The notes under the pieces were generated by a model. The model saw only the letters and a program-made list of their open reading frames with translations, did not search any database and was not told the origin of the DNA. From Gammaproteobacteria bacterium (GTDB lineage Bacteria > Pseudomonadota > Gammaproteobacteria > Magnimaribacterales > TMED112): DNA of 64,000 nt. Below are positions 29,090-37,791 of this stretch, piece after piece (the stretch's first letter is position 1; the number at the start of each line of letters is the position of its first letter). The translations under genes were made by a program, and so were the position numbers. The DNA lies in NCBI GenBank assembly GCA_038133485.1, contig JAYPTH010000005.1, positions 247 through 64,246 on the forward strand, read 5' to 3'.

Positions 29090-30094
29090 ATGAAAGTTTT
29101 AGGTATTGAAAGTTCATGTGATGAGACGGGAATAGCAGTTTATTGTTCTGAAAAAGGGCTGCTTGGCCACAGAGTTAATTCACAAGTAGATTTATTCACA
29201 GAGTATGGGGGAGTGATTCCAGAAATTGCAGCTAGGGACCATAGTGTCAAAATTATAAAGATACTTGAAAGTCTTTTATCTGATCTTCAGCTTGATTTAA
29301 ATGATATCGATCTTGTTGCCTATACAGTCGGTCCTGGTTTAATTGGATCACTAATGGTAGGTGAGACTGTAGCGAAGACCATTGCTAAATTAAAAGACAT
29401 TGAGCTCATGCCAATTCATCATCTGGAGGGACATATATTAGCTCCTGGTCTTGAAGCTGAAGATATACCTCCACCTTATTTATGTTTATTGGTATCTGGA
29501 GGACATACCCAGATAATTGATTGCCAGTCCTACGGGAATTACACCATCATTGGTGAGACGATTGATGATGCTTGTGGTGAAGCCTTTGATAAAGTTGGAA
29601 AGCTTCTAAATCTTGAGTATCCCGGTGGGCCAAAAGTATCTAAGTTAGCTGAAAATGGCGATCCACACAGATTCAAGTTCCCCAGAGCATTAACAAAAGA
29701 TCGCAATTATAACTTTAGTTTTAGTGGGCTAAAAACTGCTGTGCTATATCTAATGGATGATGTTACAACGTCTGATCATGCTGATGTAGCAGCGTCATTT
29801 CAAGAAGCTATCATCGATGTCTTAGTTAAAAAAGTAACCTGGGCATTAGAGGACACAAATCATAAGAGCTTAATCTGTTCTGGAGGAGTGGCTGCTAACA
29901 AACAATTACGTGAAAGGTTGCAATTACTTAGTTCCGAAATTGGCACAAAGGTCTTGTATCCAAGTCTTGAATTTTGCACAGATAACGCCGCAATGATAGC
30001 CTATGCTGGTTACATAAGAAAAAAATTTAATTTACAAGAACATAAGACAAATTTTGCTCGACCCAGATGGCCGCTTGGAGAGTTATATGCTTAA
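29090..30094 (+). CDS. tsaD: tRNA N6-adenosine threonylcarbamoyltransferase
   Basis: GIESSCDET, HHLEGH and SGGVAAN motifs. Divergent from rpsU as in many gammaproteobacteria. Confidence 0.93.
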   Translation: MKVLGIESSCDETGIAVYCSEKGLLGHRVNSQVDLFTEYGGVIPEIAARDHSVKIIKILESLLSDLQLDLNDIDLVAYTVGPGLIGSLMVGETVAKTIAKLKDIELMPIHHLEGHILAPGLEAEDIPPPYLCLLVSGGHTQIIDCQSYGNYTIIGETIDDACGEAFDKVGKLLNLEYPGGPKVSKLAENGDPHRFKFPRALTKDRNYNFSFSGLKTAVLYLMDDVTTSDHADVAASFQEAIIDVLVKKVTWALEDTNHKSLICSGGVAANKQLRERLQLLSSEIGTKVLYPSLEFCTDNAAMIAYAGYIRKKFNLQEHKTNFARPRWPLGELYA

Positions 30095-30458
30095 TGGAGA
30101 TAAAATTTACGTTGAAGATTTAAGAATTAACGCAACTATTGGTATTTTTGATTGGGAAAAGAAGATAAAACAAGAAGTTAGCATTTCCTATGAAATACCC
30201 CATGACAATAAAAAAGCTGCAGCAGCAGATATTATTGAGGCTACAACCGATTACAAAAGTATAACCAAAGCAATCATTGCGTTTGTTGAAAATAATAAGT
30301 TTGAGCTTGTGGAGACTTTCGCTGAAAAGATTGCAGAAATGGTTATCAAAGATTTTAACATTGAAGAGATAAAACTTAGAGTTTCAAAACCAGGTGCCTT
30401 ACGTTTCTCAAAAGATGTTGGGGTTATCATAGAGCGCAATAAAAAATCGTATGAATGA
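30087..30458 (+). CDS. folB: Dihydroneopterin aldolase
   Basis: IYVEDLRINATIGIFDWEK..DY..LVETFAE..VSKPGA pattern. The ATG at 30087 overlaps the tsaD stop. Confidence 0.85.
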   Translation: MLNGDKIYVEDLRINATIGIFDWEKKIKQEVSISYEIPHDNKKAAAADIIEATTDYKSITKAIIAFVENNKFELVETFAEKIAEMVIKDFNIEEIKLRVSKPGALRFSKDVGVIIERNKKSYE

Positions 30459-30864
30459 GTTTTATGTTTTGGTGGGCTCTAACATCAATCCAGACTTTAA
30501 TATCAAAAAGGGCTTAGCAGAAATAGAAGCACATCCAGACCTTAGCATTATCCAACAAAGCAGCTTATATGAATCAGAGCCCTATGGAATGGAGGGAGAG
30601 AATTTTATAAATTTAGTCATATTTGTTGAGAGTGCTAGAGATTTTGTTGAGGTGGAGCAAGCACTTAAAAAAATCGAGTTTAACTGTGGAAGAATAAGAG
30701 ATCCTCAGAATAAATTCACTTCAAGAACATTAGATCTAGACATTATTGATTGGAATGGATTTGTCGGAGAGCTCAATGGAAAGCAATTTCCTGACCCTGA
30801 AATTGAGATAAGAGAATTTATCAGCAAGCCCTATAAAGAATTAAAAGCAATTCTTAGGGTTTAA
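30451..30864 (+). CDS. folK: 2-amino-4-hydroxy-6-hydroxymethyldihydropteridine pyrophosphokinase
   Basis: LVGSNINP..YESEPYG..FIN..RTLDLDI motifs. Follows folB. Confidence 0.85.
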   Translation: MNEFYVLVGSNINPDFNIKKGLAEIEAHPDLSIIQQSSLYESEPYGMEGENFINLVIFVESARDFVEVEQALKKIEFNCGRIRDPQNKFTSRTLDLDIIDWNGFVGELNGKQFPDPEIEIREFISKPYKELKAILRV

Positions 30865-31783
30865 AGATAAATCTTTTTGCTAGAGGATCAAAGTAGACAA
30901 ATGGTTCTTTATCTGCCGCACCTAAAGCTTGTAGAGCAACATCTCTATTAATCAGTCTTAATGGAAGATTTGAGAGTTTTAAGTTATAAAGGTAATCTTC
31001 TAAATCTTCTTTTTCATTTGAGCTTAATTGGTAGTATGTATCATTCTCAATAATCTCGTATGGATCGCTATCATTTAAGATAGTAGCTAGCTCGGCAACT
31101 GCAAGGTCACCATAAATTTCAAAAAATTGCTCTGCATGATAGTAATCAACATTCTGGATATTATTTTTGTCTGCAAGTACTAAAGCTGAGTAAATATCAA
31201 AAACATATCCTTGAGTGATTAGGCATCTTACAGTTATTGATTTAATAATGAATGCCTTAGCGCTGTTTTCAGCTGAGACATTCTCATCAGATGCATCATT
31301 TATTATTTCTGCAATCAGCAGATATGGAGCAGCCATACCATAACCATACATTGCCCCTCCTAATGCTCCAGCAGCAGCAGCAAATAAACCATATGGTCCA
31401 AGAGCTAAAGCTCCTGCAACAGCTCCCGCTGTTGCTATATTGCTCCCAGTTCCACTAATTCTCTCTGATCTTGCGTCTTTTGCCGCTTTTTTCATGCTCT
31501 GTATATGTGATTGCACAAAAGGTATTGCTTCAATTGGATAATATAAGGCTGCGTCTAAACAATTTTTTAGATCTGTTCCTATATTTACCTTTTCTACATC
31601 AAAAGCCAGACCAGGAAATTCTGGCAAAATTTCGAGAACATATGGTGTGGAGAGAAGCAATTTTCTTTTTTCCAACGGAGAAAGTTCTTTTTGTTCAATT
31701 TCAGTGATTGGATTTACGGGATTTGGTTGATTAGTGCTACAACTGACTAAAAATATTATTAATAGTACAAATATATACTTCAT
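30854..31783 (-). CDS. Hypothetical lipoprotein with central glycine-zipper segment
   Basis: Lipobox IIFLVSCS. The GTGSNIATAGAVAGALALGPYGLFAAAAGALGGAMYGYGMAAPY stretch is Gly/Ala-zipper like. No enzymatic motif was recognised. Confidence 0.5.
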   Translation of the reverse strand: MKYIFVLLIIFLVSCSTNQPNPVNPITEIEQKELSPLEKRKLLLSTPYVLEILPEFPGLAFDVEKVNIGTDLKNCLDAALYYPIEAIPFVQSHIQSMKKAAKDARSERISGTGSNIATAGAVAGALALGPYGLFAAAAGALGGAMYGYGMAAPYLLIAEIINDASDENVSAENSAKAFIIKSITVRCLITQGYVFDIYSALVLADKNNIQNVDYYHAEQFFEIYGDLAVAELATILNDSDPYEIIENDTYYQLSSNEKEDLEDYLYNLKLSNLPLRLINRDVALQALGAADKEPFVYFDPLAKRFIFKP

Positions 31784-31829
31784 ATATTATTAAGATAGGG
31801 GAAAGTGTGTTTTCGTTCAATCAGCTTTT

Positions 31830-32606
31830 TTAGGTTCTATTGGTGCTTTCAAAAATTTTATCAGCCGATTTAGCTATGAAGCCTTGATATATTTCACCAT
31901 CTTTACCTTTGTATCTTTTTGCAAACTCGTAATAACAACTAGGCACATGATGAATATTGCCTGAAAAATCTACTTCTTGGAGATCAGCAATAATTGAGGA
32001 TTGTTCTAATAATTCTTCTGGAGTTCCTTTTATTTCACCGCCAGATTCATTGAGTCTATAACCATTTCCTTTAATCAAATTATTTACTTCTTCTAAGCTT
32101 TTAAAATTGTTGAGATGATTTACTGATACAGTGAAGTGATTAGGACAAAAGCCCCAAACATAAAGCCATGATGCATATTCTGATTCCTCTGCGAGCTTAA
32201 GATATTCATTGTGATTTATCTCCCAACTTCTTCCTGCCATAAAGAGATCCTCACTAACAATAGATTTTCCTCTGAAAATGTTTTCGAATATTTCCTGAAG
32301 ATTATTGCTAAATTGTTCTAGCAAAAGCTCAGATAGAAAGATCTTTGGTAGCGTTTCATCCTTATTCTCGAGATGGATTGCTTTTAATTTTTTAACTTTA
32401 AAATCGTACTGTCCTTTCTCCTGATAGCCAAATTGACACAGATATTCCTTTTGAATCTTTATTGATGTTTCAGGAAAGTTTAGGGTGCGAAAAGCTATAT
32501 GATCATTAGTAATTTCCTCCCCAAATAACTGATGTATTTGTTTTGCTGAAGGGGTATAGGATGTATATTTCTCCCAGAATTTATCAATTAAAGTGCTAAT
32601 ATCCAT
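31830..32606 (-). CDS. DUF1338 (YdcJ/HglS-like VOC-fold metalloenzyme) protein
   Basis: NDHIAFRT motif near the N-terminus and HFTVSVN / YEFAKR regions typical of DUF1338. The ATG at 32606 (MDISTL) gives a TAATG junction with the upstream gene; an alternative start is at 32633. Confidence 0.65.
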   Translation of the reverse strand: MDISTLIDKFWEKYTSYTPSAKQIHQLFGEEITNDHIAFRTLNFPETSIKIQKEYLCQFGYQEKGQYDFKVKKLKAIHLENKDETLPKIFLSELLLEQFSNNLQEIFENIFRGKSIVSEDLFMAGRSWEINHNEYLKLAEESEYASWLYVWGFCPNHFTVSVNHLNNFKSLEEVNNLIKGNGYRLNESGGEIKGTPEELLEQSSIIADLQEVDFSGNIHHVPSCYYEFAKRYKGKDGEIYQGFIAKSADKIFESTNRT

Positions 32607-33640
32607 TAAGTTATACTTTTCGCTTTTTGCCAACCCAGCTCAGCAAAAAACTTTGCTCGTTCTCCCATCTGCTTTGCAAAATCACTTGATGCAGTGCCAT
32701 CTCTAACACGACCAAGAATGCCTTGGCATATGCCTGCTACTTTAAATAGAGAAAAGATTATGTAAAATTCCCATTCGCTATCTAGCCCAAAATTAGTTCG
32801 CGATAAATAAAGATCAACATACTCTTTTTGTGTAAAGATACCATTCTCTTTAGCAGCAGCATCATCAATATTGCCAACGTCCCAAAGCATACAGTGATAG
32901 CCAAAATCAGCTAAAGGATCACCAATAGTTGATAGCTCCCAATCTAAGATAGCTTGATTCTTGTCATTTTCAGTAAAAATTATGTTGTCCAACCTGTAAT
33001 CCCCATGAACTATAGAAGTATATTTTTGTTGAGGGATCTTATTAGGAATCCAATCAATCAGGCTGTGCATTGCATCTATTTTTTCTGTTTCTGAATCAAG
33101 ATATTGTTTGGTCCATCTCGAAGTTTGTCTTTCAATATAATTTCCTTCTTTGCCGTAATCTACTAATCCTAAAGCCTGATAATCTTGTTGATGAAGTAAA
33201 GCTATTCCCTGGTTCATTTCATCAAATATCACCGATCTTCTTTCTTTTTCAATTTCTTTTGCAAGCGGATCCCAATAAATGTTTCCATCGCAATATTCCA
33301 TGATGTAGAAAGCTGTGCCAATCACGTCATCATTTTCACAAAGATGATAAGTTTTTGGAGTCGGTACTTCTGTTTGCATTAGTGCTGTCAGGACACGATA
33401 TTCCCTATCTACAGCATGTGCAGATTTAAGAAGTTTACCGGGTGGTTTTCGTCTTAAAACATAGTTTTTTTTCTTAGTTTTAAGCAGGTAGGATGGATTT
33501 GATTGCCCGCCCTTAAACTGTTTGTAATCTATTATCGTATCTATTTCATCACAGCTATCTTTTAGATAAGAATTTAGGATATTAAGATCAAATTGTAAAA
33601 AGTCAGTGACTTCTTTTGTACCAGAGAATTGCTCACTCAT
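32606..33640 (-). CDS. Phosphotransferase-family kinase (APH fold, ACAD10/11-type)
   Basis: FKGGQSNPSYLL nucleotide-binding region, catalytic HGDYRLDNIIF (HxDxxxxN), LDWELSTIGDP (DxE). Confidence 0.8.
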   Translation of the reverse strand: MSEQFSGTKEVTDFLQFDLNILNSYLKDSCDEIDTIIDYKQFKGGQSNPSYLLKTKKKNYVLRRKPPGKLLKSAHAVDREYRVLTALMQTEVPTPKTYHLCENDDVIGTAFYIMEYCDGNIYWDPLAKEIEKERRSVIFDEMNQGIALLHQQDYQALGLVDYGKEGNYIERQTSRWTKQYLDSETEKIDAMHSLIDWIPNKIPQQKYTSIVHGDYRLDNIIFTENDKNQAILDWELSTIGDPLADFGYHCMLWDVGNIDDAAAKENGIFTQKEYVDLYLSRTNFGLDSEWEFYIIFSLFKVAGICQGILGRVRDGTASSDFAKQMGERAKFFAELGWQKAKSIT

Positions 33641-33812
33641 ACGCTTTGGTATTTTTTAGAACTAGGTTTTGATTTTCTTTTTCAAGCGTTGAAATTTTCC
33701 TCTCTTGCTGCTCAACTCTATTTCTTAATGACTTAGATTCTGTTTTGAGCTTAAAGTTTTGCTCAATCAGTTTGTCAATCAATGATGATAATTTTTCAAT
33801 TTTTTCGTGCAT
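33633..33812 (-). CDS. Small coiled-coil protein (ZapB/TIGR02449-like), absent from the ORF track
   Basis: Manual translation gives MHEKIEKLSSLIDKLIEQNFKLKTESKSLRNRVEQQERKISTLEKENQNLVLKNTKAYE* (59 aa). It shows a heptad Leu/Ile pattern. Its stop overlaps the downstream kinase start (ATGAGTGA). It fills an otherwise empty 183-nt gap. Confidence 0.6.
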   Translation of the reverse strand: MHEKIEKLSSLIDKLIEQNFKLKTESKSLRNRVEQQERKISTLEKENQNLVLKNTKAYE

Positions 33813-33823
33813 AATATGCTTCT

Positions 33824-35122
33824 ATGAGTAACTTAAGCCCTAATCATTTCAAAGCAAGAAGAGCTGAGGTAGCAAAATTACTTGATAAAAACTCATATTT
33901 GCTACTAAGTTCATCAAAAAACCTTATTAGAAATAATGATACTACATTTCCGTTTCGGCAAGACAGCAACTTCTATTATTTAACAGGCTTTGAAGAGCCT
34001 GATTCGGTTCTGATACTAAGTAGCGATGGAGAATCAACAATCTTTTGTCGTAAAAAGAATCCAGATTTAGAAAAATGGGATGGTTTCATGTTTGGCGTCG
34101 AAGGTGCTAAGGAAATTTTAAAGTTTGACAATGCCTATGATATAGCTGAGTTAACAGCTATAGCCCCACAAATGATTAGAGGCTCAAAATCAATTTATTC
34201 TCTTGTAGGCAAAGATAATTCATTCGACAACGATATTATTTCTTGGATTACAAAAGCCAATAGTCTAGAGAGACATCAGGGGAATATAGATCTAAAAAAC
34301 TTTACTAATACACTTGGATACCAAAGGCTAATAAAGAAAGATGAAGAGATAGGGCTAATGAAGGAATCATGTGAGATCGCTGCTCAAGCTCACAAAGCAG
34401 TCATGCATAACGTAAGGGTAGGTATGAGCGAGTACGATCTTGAGTCTATGTATTTAAATGAGTTTAGAAAAAGAGGATCAAGATTTCCCTCCTATACGCC
34501 AATTGTAGCTGGAGGAAAGAATGCATGCATTCTGCACTATAACGATAACAACCAAAAAATTAATGATGGTGACTTAGTATTGGTCGATGCTGGTTGCGAA
34601 TATGGTCTTTATGCGTCAGATATTACTAGAACATTCCCTATAAATGGAACATTTAGCTCAGAACAAAGAGCTATTTATGATGTTGTTCTAGAGGCGCATG
34701 ATAGGGCATGTGAGGCAGCAAAAGTCGGCAACTCTTGTCTTGAGCCTCAAAGGGTTTCAGAGAAAGTAATTTCACAAGGGCTTAAAGATTTAGGGTTCTT
34801 AAGTGAAAGCATGGATGAAATTCTAGAAAAGCAATTATTTAGAGAATATTACTACCACAAAATTGGCCACTGGATAGGTTTGGATGTACACGATGATTGC
34901 CCCTACTTTTTAGATGGAAAAGAGATTAATTTTCAAAAAAATATGGCCATGACAATTGAGCCTGGTATTTATGTTAATGATACAGCCCCTATTGATGATA
35001 GGTGGAAAGGCATTGGCATTAGAATTGAAGACGACATCCTTATTACAGAGACCGGATATGAAAATCTTACTGCTTCTGTACCTTCTTCAGCAGACTTGAT
35101 TGAAGAATTGATGAAATCTTAA
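33824..35122 (+). CDS. pepP: Xaa-Pro aminopeptidase
   Basis: M24B motifs VLVDAGCEYGLYASDITRTFP, HKIGHWIGLDVHD, EPGIY and IRIEDD. Confidence 0.92.
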   Translation: MSNLSPNHFKARRAEVAKLLDKNSYLLLSSSKNLIRNNDTTFPFRQDSNFYYLTGFEEPDSVLILSSDGESTIFCRKKNPDLEKWDGFMFGVEGAKEILKFDNAYDIAELTAIAPQMIRGSKSIYSLVGKDNSFDNDIISWITKANSLERHQGNIDLKNFTNTLGYQRLIKKDEEIGLMKESCEIAAQAHKAVMHNVRVGMSEYDLESMYLNEFRKRGSRFPSYTPIVAGGKNACILHYNDNNQKINDGDLVLVDAGCEYGLYASDITRTFPINGTFSSEQRAIYDVVLEAHDRACEAAKVGNSCLEPQRVSEKVISQGLKDLGFLSESMDEILEKQLFREYYYHKIGHWIGLDVHDDCPYFLDGKEINFQKNMAMTIEPGIYVNDTAPIDDRWKGIGIRIEDDILITETGYENLTASVPSSADLIEELMKS

Positions 35123-36213
35123 TGTCAAAAAAAGTTTTAATAGCAGGGTCTGGAGTAAACGGCTTGGTCTTAGCTAAGGTTTTACAGAATAACAAAGTTC
35201 CCTTCACCATTATTGAAAAAAATCATCAATTCTTTAACAGCCCAGATAGAACAGTTGCTTTGACAAGTGACTCTATTCGTTTTTTAAATACTTTAGATAA
35301 AGATTTAGATATAAACGCATGGTCAACACCAGTTCATAAGATGGTTTTGTATCAGGATGCTAATTTAAATTTAACCTTATCTAAGGAAGAAGAAAAAATA
35401 TCTACGATTTGTCAGCTTGATAAGCTTCATGGCCAACTTCTCAAGGGATTAGAGGAGCATATAGTCATGGGCCAAGAGATATATTCAATTGATAAATCTG
35501 ATGATGGCATAGTAGTGACTACAAAAAATGATACTTTTGAAGGATCTCTAATTTTTGCATGTGATGGCATAAATTCGCCTATCAGAGCATTAAAGCAATT
35601 TAGAATTGATGAATGGTACTATGGTCAAAAGGTGTATATAGCAACTATTGAAGCAGAGCATAATAACATTGCCCATCAATTTTTTTCAAAGTCAGGCACT
35701 TTAGCATTTTTACCTCTAACAATAGAAGAAAACTTTTTTTCACTTATATTCTGCACAAACACTACTGGTGACCCCCTTGAAGAGTTAAACTCTTTAATTC
35801 AAGAGAATGCGCAAAATTTAAAAATTGATAAGATTAAGTCTGTTTCTGGAGGCATAGACCTAAAACACCATCGTGCACATAAACTTTATTTAGATAATGT
35901 AATTCTTTGTGGTGATGCTGCTAATTCATTTCACCCCATGGCTGGACAAGGGTTAAATTTAGGCATCGGCGACATAATGTTTATCGCAGAGAATCTAAAT
36001 GATATTTTACATTTAAAGCAGGACGCTCTTCAGAGCTACAGCAGCAAAAGAAATGCAAAGAATATTCAGATGACGTGGATTATCCAGTCGCTTTTTGGAG
36101 CATTCGGTAATTCTTCAGGAATATCCAAGAGCATCATAAATGAGGGAATGAAAATTTTGGATACATTCCCCAAAGCTAAAGAAAAAATAATCGAGTTTGC
36201 AAATAAAAACTAA
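35122..36213 (+). CDS. ubiH: UbiH/UbiF/VisC-family FAD-dependent ubiquinone biosynthesis hydroxylase
   Basis: VLIAGSGVNGL dinucleotide fold and GDAANSFHPMAGQGLNLG motif. Follows pepP as in E. coli and Pseudomonas. Confidence 0.8.
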   Translation: MSKKVLIAGSGVNGLVLAKVLQNNKVPFTIIEKNHQFFNSPDRTVALTSDSIRFLNTLDKDLDINAWSTPVHKMVLYQDANLNLTLSKEEEKISTICQLDKLHGQLLKGLEEHIVMGQEIYSIDKSDDGIVVTTKNDTFEGSLIFACDGINSPIRALKQFRIDEWYYGQKVYIATIEAEHNNIAHQFFSKSGTLAFLPLTIEENFFSLIFCTNTTGDPLEELNSLIQENAQNLKIDKIKSVSGGIDLKHHRAHKLYLDNVILCGDAANSFHPMAGQGLNLGIGDIMFIAENLNDILHLKQDALQSYSSKRNAKNIQMTWIIQSLFGAFGNSSGISKSIINEGMKILDTFPKAKEKIIEFANKN

Positions 36214-36782
36214 ATTAAATTTAGTTCACGCAAAATTTCATAGGTTTCATGCACTGGAAGACCAACAACATTGGTATAGCTGCCTTCAATTCTTGTGATA
36301 AATTTGCCTGCAGGCCCATGTATGCCATACCCACCAGCCTTGCCTTTACCTTCATTGGAATAAACATATGACAGAATTTCATCTTTATCTAGTCTCTTAA
36401 ATGTGACTAAAGTTTCACAAGTTTTAATCAACGATTGTTCTTGATGCCTAACCATGACAGATGAAAAAACGCTATGAGTTGAGTTGGAAAATTTCTCTAG
36501 CATGGCTATATTGTCTTGATCATTGTTAGGTTTGCCTAAAATTTCTCCTTCTGGAGTGAAAACTAAAGTATCGGAGGTTAAAATTGGTAAATTCTTTAGA
36601 CTATCATCTAGTAATTCATAGGCGCTGTTATTTTTGCCAATGACTATTTCTTGTGAATGTTTAAATGGATCTGGATTTGTGACACTTTCTTCATTAAATC
36701 TCTGTTCAACTATTTTATGTTCAACCTTGATAAGATTTAGAAGTTCGGTACGTCTCTGAGATGCTGATGCAAGAAGCAGCAC
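36210..36782 (-). CDS. maf: Maf-like nucleoside triphosphate pyrophosphatase
   Basis: LLLASASQRRTELL N-terminus and GKAGGYGIHG motif. The GTG start overlaps the rpmB stop by 1 nt. Confidence 0.88.
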   Translation of the reverse strand: MLLLASASQRRTELLNLIKVEHKIVEQRFNEESVTNPDPFKHSQEIVIGKNNSAYELLDDSLKNLPILTSDTLVFTPEGEILGKPNNDQDNIAMLEKFSNSTHSVFSSVMVRHQEQSLIKTCETLVTFKRLDKDEILSYVYSNEGKGKAGGYGIHGPAGKFITRIEGSYTNVVGLPVHETYEILRELNLI

Positions 36783-37018
36783 TAGACTTTTATTCCATTT
36801 GAGCGCATGTCAGCAAGAACAGCATCAATACCTTTTTTATCAATAATTCTCATGCCTTTTGCTGATACAGTGAGAGTAACAAATTTTTGCTCTGTCTCTA
36901 CCCAAAATTTGTGGCTATGAAGATTTGGCTTAAAAAGTCTTTTTACACGGTTCTTTGCATGGGATACATGATTGCCCACCATGGCTTTTTTTCCTGTTAC
37001 CTGACACACCTTACTCAT
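36782..37018 (-). CDS. rpmB: 50S ribosomal protein L28
   Basis: [33 protein letters not shown] is canonical L28 (78 aa) from the ATG at 37018. The ORF-track N-terminal extension was rejected. Confidence 0.95.
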   Translation of the reverse strand: MSKVCQVTGKKAMVGNHVSHAKNRVKRLFKPNLHSHKFWVETEQKFVTLTVSAKGMRIIDKKGIDAVLADMRSNGIKV

Positions 37019-37075
37019 AAGAACGCATGATAATAAAATAGTAATTAAATTTATGCAATAATTATCCCTTTGCAA

Positions 37076-37528
37076 ATGAAACTTAAGTTCAAAATTCTTG
37101 ATTCAAGAATTGGTACAATATTTCCAATTCCTAAACACCAAACTATTGGCTCAGCAGGAATAGATTTAATTGCTTGCTTAGATGAAGAAATTAGCTTAGC
37201 TCCTAATGAAGCCACAATCATCCCATCTGGTATTGCAATTTATATCGAGGACAGTGGATATGCAGGTATTGTAATTCCTAGATCAGGATTAGGGGCAAAA
37301 AAAGGCCTTGTATGCGGTAATTTAACTGGATTAATTGATTCAGATTACCAGGGTCCATTAAGCATATCTCTGTGGAATAGATCTAGCGAGGTTATTGAAG
37401 TTAAGCCAGGCGATAGGGTCGCACAACTAGTTATTTTAAAGATAAATCAAGTAGAGCTTGAAGAAGTTGATAATTTTATTGAAACAGCTAGGGGCGAATT
37501 AGGATTTGGTAGTACAGGAAAGCGTTAA
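37076..37528 (+). CDS. dut: dUTP diphosphatase
   Basis: GSAGIDL, PRSGLG, IDSDYQG, RVAQLV and GFGSTG motifs. Confidence 0.94.
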   Translation: MKLKFKILDSRIGTIFPIPKHQTIGSAGIDLIACLDEEISLAPNEATIIPSGIAIYIEDSGYAGIVIPRSGLGAKKGLVCGNLTGLIDSDYQGPLSISLWNRSSEVIEVKPGDRVAQLVILKINQVELEEVDNFIETARGELGFGSTGKR

Positions 37529-37734
37529 CCTGCTGATTTACCAAATTTCTTCTCAAATCTTTGAACCCTTCCACCAGTGTCAATTATCTTTTGTTGCCCA
37601 GTATAGAAAGGATGGCAATTAGAACAGATATCTATATTGATGTCTGAAGTTAATGTTGAATTAACCTCAATAACATTTCCACAACTGCACGTTGCTTTAA
37701 TTGCTTGATATTTTGGGTGCAAGTCTTTTTTCAT
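37525..37734 (-). CDS. rpmE: 50S ribosomal protein L31 (zinc-binding type)
   Basis: [27 protein letters not shown]. Divergent from priA as in E. coli. Confidence 0.95.
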   Translation of the reverse strand: MKKDLHPKYQAIKATCSCGNVIEVNSTLTSDINIDICSNCHPFYTGQQKIIDTGGRVQRFEKKFGKSAG

Positions 37735-37791
37735 TTCATCAATATTTGAGTGAGAAATAATATCAAATTAATTATCTATTACAATAACTAG

